This document shows, in pieces, positions 55,656 to 64,000 of a DNA stretch of 64,000 nt. The DNA is from Fimbriimonadales bacterium (GTDB taxonomy: Bacteria; Armatimonadota; Fimbriimonadia; Fimbriimonadales; ATM1). A program made the translations under genes and the position numbers. The notes under the pieces are model-generated. The model worked only from the letters and a program-made list of their open reading frames with translations, was not told the DNA's origin and searched no databases. Position 1 is the first letter of the stretch, and the number at the start of each line of letters is the position of its first letter. The stretch spans positions 32,001-96,000 of the forward strand of contig JBGTLG010000041.1 of NCBI GenBank assembly GCA_041744215.1. Direction: 5' to 3'.

Positions 55656-56670
55656 ACAGATCGCTTTGGCTACGGTCGTATGTTATTCCAAGAGCCTTGT
55701 AGGCCAATTCGGCAGCCATTCGTCCCCGAGGAGTGCGTTGCAGGAATCCTTGCTGGATCAGATACGGCTCGTACATTTCCTCAATAGTTCCAGAGTCTTC
55801 AGAGACGCTTGCAGCGATAGTTTCGACTCCAACCGGACCTCCGCCAAAACGTTGAACGATACATGCGAGGATCATCCGATCAATACGATCAAGACCGTAG
55901 TCATCAATCTCGAGTTGTTCGAGCGCGAATCGAGCGACATCGATGTCAATAGCCGTCTTGCCGAGATGGGACATAAAGTCGCGGGTCCGGCGCAACAATC
56001 TGTTTGCAATTCGCGGCGTGCCTCGACTCCTCCGACCGACCTCAGATTCCGCTTGGTCGTCGATTGCGCAATCTAAGAGTGTCGCTGACCTGCGCAGAAT
56101 CATCCTTAGCGCATCGGTCGAGTAAAACTCGAAGTCATGCACGATCCCGAACCGATCGCGCAATGGTCCTGTCAAGAGTCCAGCCCGAGTTGTGGCTCCG
56201 ACGATTGTAAAGCGAGGCAAATCCAGTCGGATGCTGCGTGCGCCAGGACCCTTCCCGATGATGATGTCAATCTTGAAATCCTCCATCGCCGGATACAGTA
56301 TCTCTTCAACTACACGTCCGAGTCGGTGAATCTCGTCGATGAACAGGACTGAGCCCTCTTGCATGTTTGTGAGAATTGCAGCGAGGTCGCCAGGCCGTTC
56401 GATCGCCGGACCGCTCGTGACTCTGATCGGAGCATCCAACTCGTTCGCGATAATGTTCGCAAGTGTCGTCTTCCCCAATCCTGGCGCGCCTTTCAAGAGA
56501 ACATGATCCAATACGTCTCCTCGTGACTTTGCCGCGTTTATGAAGATGGAAAGGTTGGCCTTGATTTTCTCCTGGCCGATGAATTGATCGAGACGACGAG
56601 GCCGAAGCGTTACGTCGAAGTTGGCATCTTCCTCCGCTTGAACAGCGCTGACAAGTCGATCTTCGCTCAT
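55645..56670 (-). CDS. ruvB: Holliday junction branch migration helicase RuvB
   Basis: [56 protein letters not shown]. Confidence 0.96.
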   Translation of the reverse strand: MSEDRLVSAVQAEEDANFDVTLRPRRLDQFIGQEKIKANLSIFINAAKSRGDVLDHVLLKGAPGLGKTTLANIIANELDAPIRVTSGPAIERPGDLAAILTNMQEGSVLFIDEIHRLGRVVEEILYPAMEDFKIDIIIGKGPGARSIRLDLPRFTIVGATTRAGLLTGPLRDRFGIVHDFEFYSTDALRMILRRSATLLDCAIDDQAESEVGRRSRGTPRIANRLLRRTRDFMSHLGKTAIDIDVARFALEQLEIDDYGLDRIDRMILACIVQRFGGGPVGVETIAASVSEDSGTIEEMYEPYLIQQGFLQRTPRGRMAAELAYKALGITYDRSQSDLFKA

Positions 56671-57260
56671 GAACTCTTCCCAGCGAATTTTAGCGCACGC
56701 GACACCAGTTCGGCTGTATCGTCAGTATCTTTCAATTCGCCCGCCTGCTTGGCTGCCCTCTCTGCTTCGGAGCGCTTCAGCCCGAGTGAAACCAGCGCCT
56801 CGACGACGTCGTCGAGAGGTGACGCCGCACCCACGCCAATTCGTCCGAGAACCGATTCTTCGCGAACCTTGTCAGATAGCTCCACGCAGATTCTCTGCGC
56901 TAGCTTCGCGCCGATTCCTGGCGCACGCACAAGCGGTTTGTAGTCACCGGAGAAGACTGCGCCAATGACACCTTCTTCGCCCACTGCGCCTATCAATGAG
57001 AGCGCAAGTCTCGGGCCGAGCCCGTTCACTGTCGTCAACAAGTCGAAGAGACGCCTCTCGTGTGTTGAGCCAAAGCCAAAAAGCGAGATTTCGTTCTCGC
57101 GTACAATCTGGCGAGTGTGCAGTTCGACGCGAGACCCTGACTTGGGCAGGGCTGAATGAAATCTCTCCGTGACGAAAACTTGGTACCCCACTCCACCAAC
57201 AGTAACGACTACGTAGCCCGGTCCGATTTCCGCGAGTTCGCCTTGAAGCCTCGCGATCAC
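56667..57260 (-). CDS. ruvA: Holliday junction branch migration protein RuvA
   Basis: [37 protein letters not shown]. Confidence 0.95.
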   Translation of the reverse strand: MIARLQGELAEIGPGYVVVTVGGVGYQVFVTERFHSALPKSGSRVELHTRQIVRENEISLFGFGSTHERRLFDLLTTVNGLGPRLALSLIGAVGEEGVIGAVFSGDYKPLVRAPGIGAKLAQRICVELSDKVREESVLGRIGVGAASPLDDVVEALVSLGLKRSEAERAAKQAGELKDTDDTAELVSRALKFAGKSS

Positions 57261-58438
57261 GAGCCTACGCCCCTCGTCAGGTTTTCTCTCGGGCGGGTCA
57301 ACTCGTAGCCGCCCTCCACGAGATGGAATCGATAGACCTGACTGTTATAGGGGCTCACGGAATCATCGCCAAGTTCCCTGAGGTCGGCTGGCAGTTGGCT
57401 CAGGTGGGACAAGCGGATTGCGAGCTCGATCATTCGAATACCCTCCTCGCGCAACGCGCCGATTTCAGAAGCTTGGTTAGAGTACGGGTTGATCGGTGCG
57501 AAATAGAGGCTTGCGACCGGATGAGCGACGACGTCGATGGTCGGCCATAAGATTGGCTCGGAAACTTGTTTATTGAAGTTCTCTAGCATCGAGACCGCGA
57601 TGCCCACAGCCATCTTCGCTTCGTCAACGATCACAGCAGCGGGGATAGAGTCGGTCTTTTGCGAGTGCTTCTCCGTGAAACTCACGAGCGACTCGCCGAT
57701 CTCTGGTGGAATCGGCTTCCGGGCTCCGGCCTCTCGCACCGTGCGAAGAACGCTCTCAAGCGGGACCGCAGGTCCATCTGGCTGCAAGCTCCCGACCCAC
57801 GCCTGCAACCGTGCAATCTCTGCGTTCCTCGCGACAGTTCCGATGCCTGTGCGCGCGGCGAACGGCGCGAGTGACTGGCGCAACGCTTCGTTCATCGATT
57901 GGTCGATTTGTTTCGACGTAGTGCGGATGGCCATTGTCAAGTAATCCGCCACGGTCCCAGCAGTGATCCCGCCCGCCACGGACTCGGCCGCAACGTAGTC
58001 ACCGTAGCTTAAGGCAGATCGAAGCACGTTAGCGGCCCGCGCTGGATCGCTGCGGTCAATCGCATCGGCCAACTCCACCGCGAACACTGGAGCAAGAGCC
58101 GCGACCTCTTCAGTCCGGTTTGGCGCGCCGAGCGCCAGTGGCGGAGGAGGCGGCGTCCCGTCAAACTTCCCGAAAAACCGCAGCGCCTCGACAGCCTTCG
58201 CGGTCGCGAGCAGGTATCGCTCTCGGTCGCTTCGGGTGACCCCTGGCTTGAGCGGAGCTTCTGGGATCCCGGCTACCTGGAGCGACTGCAATGCTGCGGC
58301 GATAGCGTCTTGCGGGCCAGCCGGCGCAGGGGCGGCCGCGGGCGGGGCGCCCATTGTACGGTCAGTCCGTTGCGCAGTGTCATTGCAGCCAGGGATGGCT
58401 GCGACGATGAGCACGAGAGTGGCGAGGCGGAGATTCAC
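57257..58438 (-). CDS. Hypothetical lipoprotein
   Basis: GTG start gives MNLRLATLVLIVAAIPG-C lipobox and a Pro/Ala linker; stop overlaps the ruvA start. Confidence 0.6.
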   Translation of the reverse strand: MNLRLATLVLIVAAIPGCNDTAQRTDRTMGAPPAAAPAPAGPQDAIAAALQSLQVAGIPEAPLKPGVTRSDRERYLLATAKAVEALRFFGKFDGTPPPPPLALGAPNRTEEVAALAPVFAVELADAIDRSDPARAANVLRSALSYGDYVAAESVAGGITAGTVADYLTMAIRTTSKQIDQSMNEALRQSLAPFAARTGIGTVARNAEIARLQAWVGSLQPDGPAVPLESVLRTVREAGARKPIPPEIGESLVSFTEKHSQKTDSIPAAVIVDEAKMAVGIAVSMLENFNKQVSEPILWPTIDVVAHPVASLYFAPINPYSNQASEIGALREEGIRMIELAIRLSHLSQLPADLRELGDDSVSPYNSQVYRFHLVEGGYELTRPRENLTRGVGS

Positions 58439-58502
58439 GGTCTTCAGAACTTCGACCGTACCCCAGACGCAACCGTTTCGGACTTCGGCGTAAACTCCAG
58501 AC

Positions 58503-59603
58503 GTGGCCACGAAACGCACGGACGACCAGGATCTAACTGTGATCAAGGCGGCCGAAGACCATGTCATGCAGGAAGTGCGCCCCCGAGCCAACGCCATCGA
58601 TCAGAACCTTGACGAGCTGCGAGCTGCCCTCGACGGCCTCGCAGCCAAGGGCTACCTAGGGCTTCGGGTCCCGTCAAACTTCGGTGGCCACGGAGTGCCG
58701 GATGTCGGATTCCGGAGGTTTCAGGAGGCCTTAGCGCGATGTTCAGGCGCCCTTGCGTTTCTGCAGACCCAGCATCAAAGCGCCTGCGCATTCGTCGCAA
58801 CAAGCGCAAACACGGAGGCGCACAAGGCCTTTCTGCCCGGATTCGCATCCGGCAAGATGCGTTGCGGAATCGCCTTCTCCCAGCTTCGGCGTCCGGGCCG
58901 TCCGATGATGACTGCGCAACCAACCAAGGGAGGCTATCTGTTTAGTGGAACCGCGCCGTGGATTACCGGGTGGGACATCTTCGATCACTGCGTTTTCGCA
59001 GGGACCATTGAGAGTGGCGAATCCGTGTGGGGAGTAGGCGAGCTTCGGGAAAGTCGCTCGCTGCGGCCAAGTCCGGTTATGCGGTTGGCTGCGCTAGAAG
59101 TCTGCCAAACCGTCTCCGCTGAACTGATCGACTACTTTGTGCCGAGTGAAGCGATTATTCACACTCGACCTGCTGACTGGATCACCAACAACGATAGCCT
59201 CAATCTTGCGCTGCAAAGTCCGTTTGCTCTGGGCTGTGCTGGCGCGGGAATCGACGTTCTCAGAAATGTGTTCGAAAAGAAGCCGTTAGATGATGTTCTG
59301 ACCACCTCAGCCCTGCTGGATTCAGAACTGGCATCCTGCCGGGAAAACGCCTACGCCGCGATGGATGACAAGGGCAACTTTGAGAAGAGCCTCCAAGCGA
59401 GAGCATGGGCGATCGAATTGGCGGGCAGGTGCGCACATGCGGCCGTTGTAGCCTCTTCAGGACGGGGAAACTCCATGGAAAGCGACGCGCAGCGCGTTTA
59501 TCGTGAGGCGCTGGTCTTCAGCGTCTCCGCCCAGACCCCGGCCATCCTTGGGGCCACGCTACGTCGCTTCACGCGCGAGAAGATTACAGTTGCTCGTAAG
59601 TAG
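58503..59603 (+). CDS. Acyl-CoA dehydrogenase family protein
   Basis: GYLGLRVPSNFGG, G.APWITGW, C-terminal AQRVYREA. Confidence 0.82.
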   Translation: MATKRTDDQDLTVIKAAEDHVMQEVRPRANAIDQNLDELRAALDGLAAKGYLGLRVPSNFGGHGVPDVGFRRFQEALARCSGALAFLQTQHQSACAFVATSANTEAHKAFLPGFASGKMRCGIAFSQLRRPGRPMMTAQPTKGGYLFSGTAPWITGWDIFDHCVFAGTIESGESVWGVGELRESRSLRPSPVMRLAALEVCQTVSAELIDYFVPSEAIIHTRPADWITNNDSLNLALQSPFALGCAGAGIDVLRNVFEKKPLDDVLTTSALLDSELASCRENAYAAMDDKGNFEKSLQARAWAIELAGRCAHAAVVASSGRGNSMESDAQRVYREALVFSVSAQTPAILGATLRRFTREKITVARK

Positions 59604-59856
59604 GCTTGATGAGCCAAGCCTTTGGAATCGGCTTGAGGCCAGCGACGACCAAGTTAAACTCTGGGCTCTTCATGACCTTGGTCGACACGGTCAACCTGAC
59701 TTTTCCGTTTGGTGTCTGAATCGTTACGTTTTGGAGGTTTGGGTACTGAATGCGGTTCTTTCGAGGCGCGCGAAACTTCCACTGGCCTGAGTGCCGGTGT
59801 CGGATGTGTCGGGCTTTGAGACCCTTCTTGCCGCTAACTTGACAGATTTTTGCCAT
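59584..59856 (-). CDS. rpmB: 50S ribosomal protein L28
   Basis: MAKICQVSGK...NRIQYPNLQ...VRLTVSTKVMKS. Confidence 0.88.
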   Translation of the reverse strand: MAKICQVSGKKGLKARHIRHRHSGQWKFRAPRKNRIQYPNLQNVTIQTPNGKVRLTVSTKVMKSPEFNLVVAGLKPIPKAWLIKPTYEQL

Positions 59857-59939
59857 GGGAATGCCTCTGCGCCGGATGGGACGCTGAGGCGAAAGATACC
59901 CCACTCAAGGGGCTCATCGCAAGGCGGTAACATTCGGTA

Positions 59940-61688
59940 GTGCCTTCCAAGGTCGCATTGTTGGACCCTCACACGATCAACCAGATCGCCGCTGGCGAGG
60001 TCGTCGAGCGCCCAGCGAGCGTGGTGAAGGAGCTACTTGAGAACGCCATCGATGCAGGCGCGAGCAGAATCGAGATTTCGGTAAGCGGCGCGGGACGCGA
60101 CCGAATAAAAGTTTCAGACAACGGCGCTGGCATGTCCCCGGAGGACGTCGAACTGTCGCTCCAGCGACACGCGACCAGCAAGATTCGAGCAGCCGGGGAT
60201 TTGTTGCGCGTGGTATCACTCGGCTTTCGCGGTGAGGCTATCCCCAGCATCGCAAGCGTCTCAAAAACCACGATCGCGTCAGCGGAGGAAGACGGTGCAC
60301 GAACGCGCATCGAAGTCGATTACGGCGCGGTTGTCCGGAAAGACACAGTAGCTGGCCCGAAGGGAACCGATGTCACCGTCGAAAATCTCTTCGAAAACAC
60401 CCCTGCTCGGCTAAAGTTTCTTCGCACGGACACTACCGAGTCGGCCGCCATCGTTGACCTCGTCGGAAAGTACGCGCTGGCGTATCCCCACGTCTCTTTC
60501 ATTTTGCGTGTGGGCGATAACGTAACGGTTCAAACAACGGGTTCCGGTGACTTGCTGGATGTCTTGCAACACGTCTGGAGCGCCGATCTGGCGCGCGCGC
60601 TCGCAGAAGTCGACACAGTCGTTGGCGGGATTCGGGTTCAGGGTTTCGTCAGCCCGCCGCATGTCAACAAGCCCACGAGGTCGCACCAGATTCTTTACGT
60701 GAACGGACGGCCCGTTAGGTCGAAGACGCTCTACGCTGCATTGGACGCGGCCTATCGATCGATCACGCCGGAGAGACGCTATCCTGCTGCTGTGCTCTCG
60801 ATCTCGATCGACCCCGCAGACGTCGACATAAACGTTAGCCCAACAAAATCCGAAGTTAAGTTTCACCGCGAAGGCGCAGTCTTCGATGCAATCAGGCTCG
60901 CCATAAAGTCGGGACTGATGGAACATGGGCTCATGCCGGCAGTCGCCGCAACCGTAGCAGGATCGGGCGTCTCAGCAGCAGACGTCCTCGGCCTCGTGTC
61001 ACTGGGCTCCGTGGCCGCAACTGCGGGCTCTGGCGCGGAGCCTCTCGCACACCTCTTTCGCGAGCCATTTGAGCCATCTGAGAGGGCGCGCTATCCGTTC
61101 CTTGACCTGCTCGAGGACTTTCGGGTGTTGGGGCAGGCGATCGATACCTTCATCGTCGCATCCACACGCAGGGGCATAGCAATCATCGACCAGCATGTAG
61201 CGCACGAGCGCGTGCTCTACGAATACCTATGTGGCCTCAAGTCGGGGACGCCCATCGAGGAGCAGCCGCTTCTGACGCCGACTACTATCGAGTTGGATCG
61301 CAGCCTCGCGATGCAGTTTGCCGACCATCTTGACGACCTCGCTGCGATTGGCTTTCGTGTTGAGCCCTTTGGAGGAAACGACTTCCTCGTCCGTTCGATT
61401 CCTGGCGCATTGTCGAGCAAGGACTTCATGAGGGTTCTTCGAGACATTGCCGAGGAACTTGCATCATCCGGTGGGAGGCTTCGACCGAGTGACGCCCGAG
61501 AGAAGATATGGATCACAAGTGCATGCCGCATGGCCGTGAAAGCGGGCGACCCGCTGAGTCTCGCAGAAATGGAGAAGCTAGTTGCAGACCTTGCTGAGAC
61601 CGAGAACCCTTACCTCTGCCCGCACGGTCGCCCAATAACAATCACCCTCGGATTCGATGAGCTGATGCGCAGGTTCAAGCGGACGTGA
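59940..61688 (+). CDS. mutL: DNA mismatch repair protein MutL
   Basis: NQIAAGEVVERP, HATSKI, GFRGEA, DQHVAHER, SACR, CPHGRP. Confidence 0.96.
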   Translation: MPSKVALLDPHTINQIAAGEVVERPASVVKELLENAIDAGASRIEISVSGAGRDRIKVSDNGAGMSPEDVELSLQRHATSKIRAAGDLLRVVSLGFRGEAIPSIASVSKTTIASAEEDGARTRIEVDYGAVVRKDTVAGPKGTDVTVENLFENTPARLKFLRTDTTESAAIVDLVGKYALAYPHVSFILRVGDNVTVQTTGSGDLLDVLQHVWSADLARALAEVDTVVGGIRVQGFVSPPHVNKPTRSHQILYVNGRPVRSKTLYAALDAAYRSITPERRYPAAVLSISIDPADVDINVSPTKSEVKFHREGAVFDAIRLAIKSGLMEHGLMPAVAATVAGSGVSAADVLGLVSLGSVAATAGSGAEPLAHLFREPFEPSERARYPFLDLLEDFRVLGQAIDTFIVASTRRGIAIIDQHVAHERVLYEYLCGLKSGTPIEEQPLLTPTTIELDRSLAMQFADHLDDLAAIGFRVEPFGGNDFLVRSIPGALSSKDFMRVLRDIAEELASSGGRLRPSDAREKIWITSACRMAVKAGDPLSLAEMEKLVADLAETENPYLCPHGRPITITLGFDELMRRFKRT

Positions 61689-62170
61689 GGATCCTGGGTA
61701 TTGACCCGGGCTTTGGAAGACTCGGATACGGTGTTATTGATAAAGTCGGGATGGAGCCTCAGGTTGTCGCCTATGGCGTGATCTCGACGAAACCCTCGGC
61801 CAGCATGCCCGAGCGGCTTGGCCAAATCTACCTCGAGGTAGGCGAAATCATCGAAAAGCACGCGCCGGACTGCGTTGCCAGCGAGAGGCAGATCTTCTCC
61901 GCCAACAAAACCACGGCTCTCGATGTCGCGAAATCGCTTGGCGTGGTGATGCTCCTGACAGCGCATCGCGACCTCCAGTGGTCGGATTACACGCCCGCAG
62001 AGGTCAAGATGGCTGTGACCGGAAACGGATCAGCAGACAAGAGTCAGGTGGAGTTCATGGTGGGTCGGCTGCTCAATCTCGAGGGCGTAAAGCTGGTCGA
62101 CGATGCCGCAGACGCGCTCGCGATCGCGCTGTGCCATGAGCAGCACGAAAGGATTCGCTCCAAAGGATAG
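61685..62170 (+). CDS. ruvC: Crossover junction endodeoxyribonuclease RuvC
   Basis: ILGIDPG, YTP.EVK.AVTG.G.ADK.QV, DDAADALAIA. Confidence 0.95.
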   Translation: MRILGIDPGFGRLGYGVIDKVGMEPQVVAYGVISTKPSASMPERLGQIYLEVGEIIEKHAPDCVASERQIFSANKTTALDVAKSLGVVMLLTAHRDLQWSDYTPAEVKMAVTGNGSADKSQVEFMVGRLLNLEGVKLVDDAADALAIALCHEQHERIRSKG

Positions 62171-62229
62171 CGCGGGGTATTCTTCCGTGCGGCCAGGAGA
62201 GCCGATTTCACCAAATGTTGGATTCATGG

Positions 62230-64000
62230 ATGAGCACCGATCGAGTCGCCGTTTTAGGCGCAGGCACGATGGGTAGCGGCATTGCAGCCCATTTAGCAAA
62301 CCTCGGTTTCGATGTGCTCCTTTTTGATCTCACGAAGGAGTCGGTCCATGCCGCATTCGATCGCGCCCAGTCTTCAAAACCGCCCCCTTTTTACGATCAC
62401 AATGCGGTGACGCGAGTTACGCTTTGCTCGATCGAGGAGGATCTTCACAGGATTGAAGAAGTCAATTGGGTGTGCGAGGCAATCGTCGAAAAAATGGATT
62501 TGAAGCGAGATCTCTACGCTCGTATCGAGCCCCATCTGAGATCCGATGCGATGATATCAACCAACACAAGCGGTTTGGAGATTAAGCTACTTGCCGAAGG
62601 GATGAGCGAGTCGTTTCGCAAACGCTTTATCGGCACTCACTTTTTCAATCCACCTCGATACCTGAAGCTGATTGAGCTGATCCCGACCGCAGACACAGAT
62701 AGATCGACCGTCGACGCGTACACGCTTTTTCTCGAAGATCGAGTTGGCAGGCGCGTCGTCGTTGCAAAAGATACGCCAGGGTTCATTGCAAACCGCTACG
62801 GCATGTGGTGCCTTTTTCAAGCGATTCACACCTGCGAAAAACTTCGCTTCTCTGTGGAAGCAGTCGATGCCATGACCGGCCCTTTCCTTGGTCGACCTAA
62901 AACTGCAACGTTCCGTCTGGCAGACCTGATTGGCCTCGACATCATGGAGGACATTGCGCAAAACATCCAAGCACGTTGTCATTCAGACGCGGCGACGAAC
63001 GTACTCGATCTGCCCCAGTCTGTTGCATCGCTCATTGAGGCGGGTCGAATTGGGTCAAAGTCTGGACGAGGGTTTTATGAGCGAGCAGGCAAAGAGTTCC
63101 TTGTCTACGACTTTGCCGATGGTGGATACCGCCAGCCTGAGGTTGCCTCATTTCCCACGATTGAAGAGCTTGCCCGAAAGCCGATCGGCGAAAGACTCAG
63201 AATTGCACTGACTCGAAGGGACGAGGTAGGTGAGTTTATGAGGGCGCATCTGTCGCCGATTTTGGAGTACGCAGCCACGATTGGATCGGAAGTTTCGTTC
63301 AACGTATCCGACTTTGACAGAGTGATGAAATGGGGATTCGGTTGGGAAGCCGGACCATTCGAACTTATCGATAGAATCGGCTACGAGGTGTTGGAAGGAT
63401 TCTGGTCCGCATCGCCTCTCAAGAAAAAGTCTCCCTTTTATCTGGATGGCGCACCTCTGTCCTTCCCGGATCAGCGCCACTTGCCGATCAAAGAGAATCC
63501 TGCGTTCGCAAGTGTTGCTGCGTTTCCAGCTGTCGATACTCACGACGAATGGATCGTCCGCGAAGACGGAGAAGGCGGTTTCATTTTCGAGTTTCGTACG
63601 AAGCTAAACGCTCTCAATTCTAAACTCATTTCAGCACTGACTGGGCTGTTGCGCCAGAACTCTGGAGTGCGAATCACACTTACAAATGAGGGACGCGCGT
63701 TTTCTGCGGGTTTTGACTTGACGACATTGTTGCGAGCAACAGAAGAGGGGCGTCTTTCTGAAGTTGAATCTTGGCTGCGCGATCTTCAGGAGTGCTGCCT
63801 TCTGCTTCGCGAACATAGCACCGTTGCCGGTGTGCATGGTTTCACTCTTGGCGGCGGGATGGAGATCGCGATGCACTGCCAAAAAATTGTCGCAGACCCT
63901 GAAGCGATTCTCGGGTTGCCTGAGTCGTTGGTCGGCCTTGTGCCAGCCGGCGGAGGCACTGCTCTAATGCGACACCGATCCCAAGGTGACGCAAAGCTAA
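62230..64000 (+). CDS. 3-hydroxyacyl-CoA dehydrogenase / enoyl-CoA hydratase fusion, truncated at window edge
   Basis: Manual translation: MSTDRVAVLGAGTMGSGIA, EAIVE, STNTSG, GTHFFNPPRY, KDTPGFIANR, then crotonase-like FSAGFDL and LGGGME. Confidence 0.88.
   Translation, partial: MSTDRVAVLGAGTMGSGIAAHLANLGFDVLLFDLTKESVHAAFDRAQSSKPPPFYDHNAVTRVTLCSIEEDLHRIEEVNWVCEAIVEKMDLKRDLYARIEPHLRSDAMISTNTSGLEIKLLAEGMSESFRKRFIGTHFFNPPRYLKLIELIPTADTDRSTVDAYTLFLEDRVGRRVVVAKDTPGFIANRYGMWCLFQAIHTCEKLRFSVEAVDAMTGPFLGRPKTATFRLADLIGLDIMEDIAQNIQARCHSDAATNVLDLPQSVASLIEAGRIGSKSGRGFYERAGKEFLVYDFADGGYRQPEVASFPTIEELARKPIGERLRIALTRRDEVGEFMRAHLSPILEYAATIGSEVSFNVSDFDRVMKWGFGWEAGPFELIDRIGYEVLEGFWSASPLKKKSPFYLDGAPLSFPDQRHLPIKENPAFASVAAFPAVDTHDEWIVREDGEGGFIFEFRTKLNALNSKLISALTGLLRQNSGVRITLTNEGRAFSAGFDLTTLLRATEEGRLSEVESWLRDLQECCLLLREHSTVAGVHGFTLGGGMEIAMHCQKIVADPEAILGLPESLVGLVPAGGGTALMRHRSQGDAKL

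Noticed and set aside
802-63967. Numerous long antisense or alternate-frame ORFs (e.g. 802-1512, 11534-12382, 26484-27341, 27046-27942, 49761-50495)
   Set aside because: They are shadows of well-supported genes in a GC-rich genome and carry no independent motifs.
1-64000. CRISPR arrays, IS elements, prophage, rRNA
   Set aside because: No repeat-spacer arrays, transposase, integrase, phage structural genes or rRNA-like sequence were seen.

Overview
A 64-kb, gene-dense chromosomal segment from a diderm bacterium. The gene content and style suggest Armatimonadota/Fimbriimonadia, but this is an inference. Most of it is housekeeping: a metal ABC uptake operon, tdh, argF-argG-argH, gpmA, lemA-htpX, tRNA-Sec, an orphan flgM, an imuB-dnaE2 mutagenesis cassette, rarA, an ABC exporter, upp, polA, the tamB-ECF sigma-bamA-skp-lpxD-lpxC-fabZ-lpxA-lpxB-dxr outer-membrane cluster, lipA, ychF, ruvAB, rpmB, mutL-ruvC and a partial 3-hydroxyacyl-CoA dehydrogenase. 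No transposase, integrase, prophage or CRISPR array was seen. The interesting signal is non-coding. (1) A ~345-nt minus-strand RNA (28610-28952) is built from two tandem homologous, covarying multi-hairpin domains with GNRA/UUCG loops. It has its own candidate promoter and a phased array of DnaA-box-like 9-mers upstream, and I cannot match it to an RNA family I know. (2) An Arg(CGA)-rich leader peptide lies ahead of argFGH. (3) A c-di-GMP-I riboswitch behind a sigma28-like promoter precedes flgM, with a plausible translational ON platform. (4) A palindrome in front of imuB-dnaE2 is a candidate lineage-specific SOS box. (5) Leaderless gene architecture appears to be pervasive. (6) tamB probably starts at ATT. 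(7) Two small proteins are missed or mis-started by the ORF track. All calls were made by eye; no database searches or folding programs were run.
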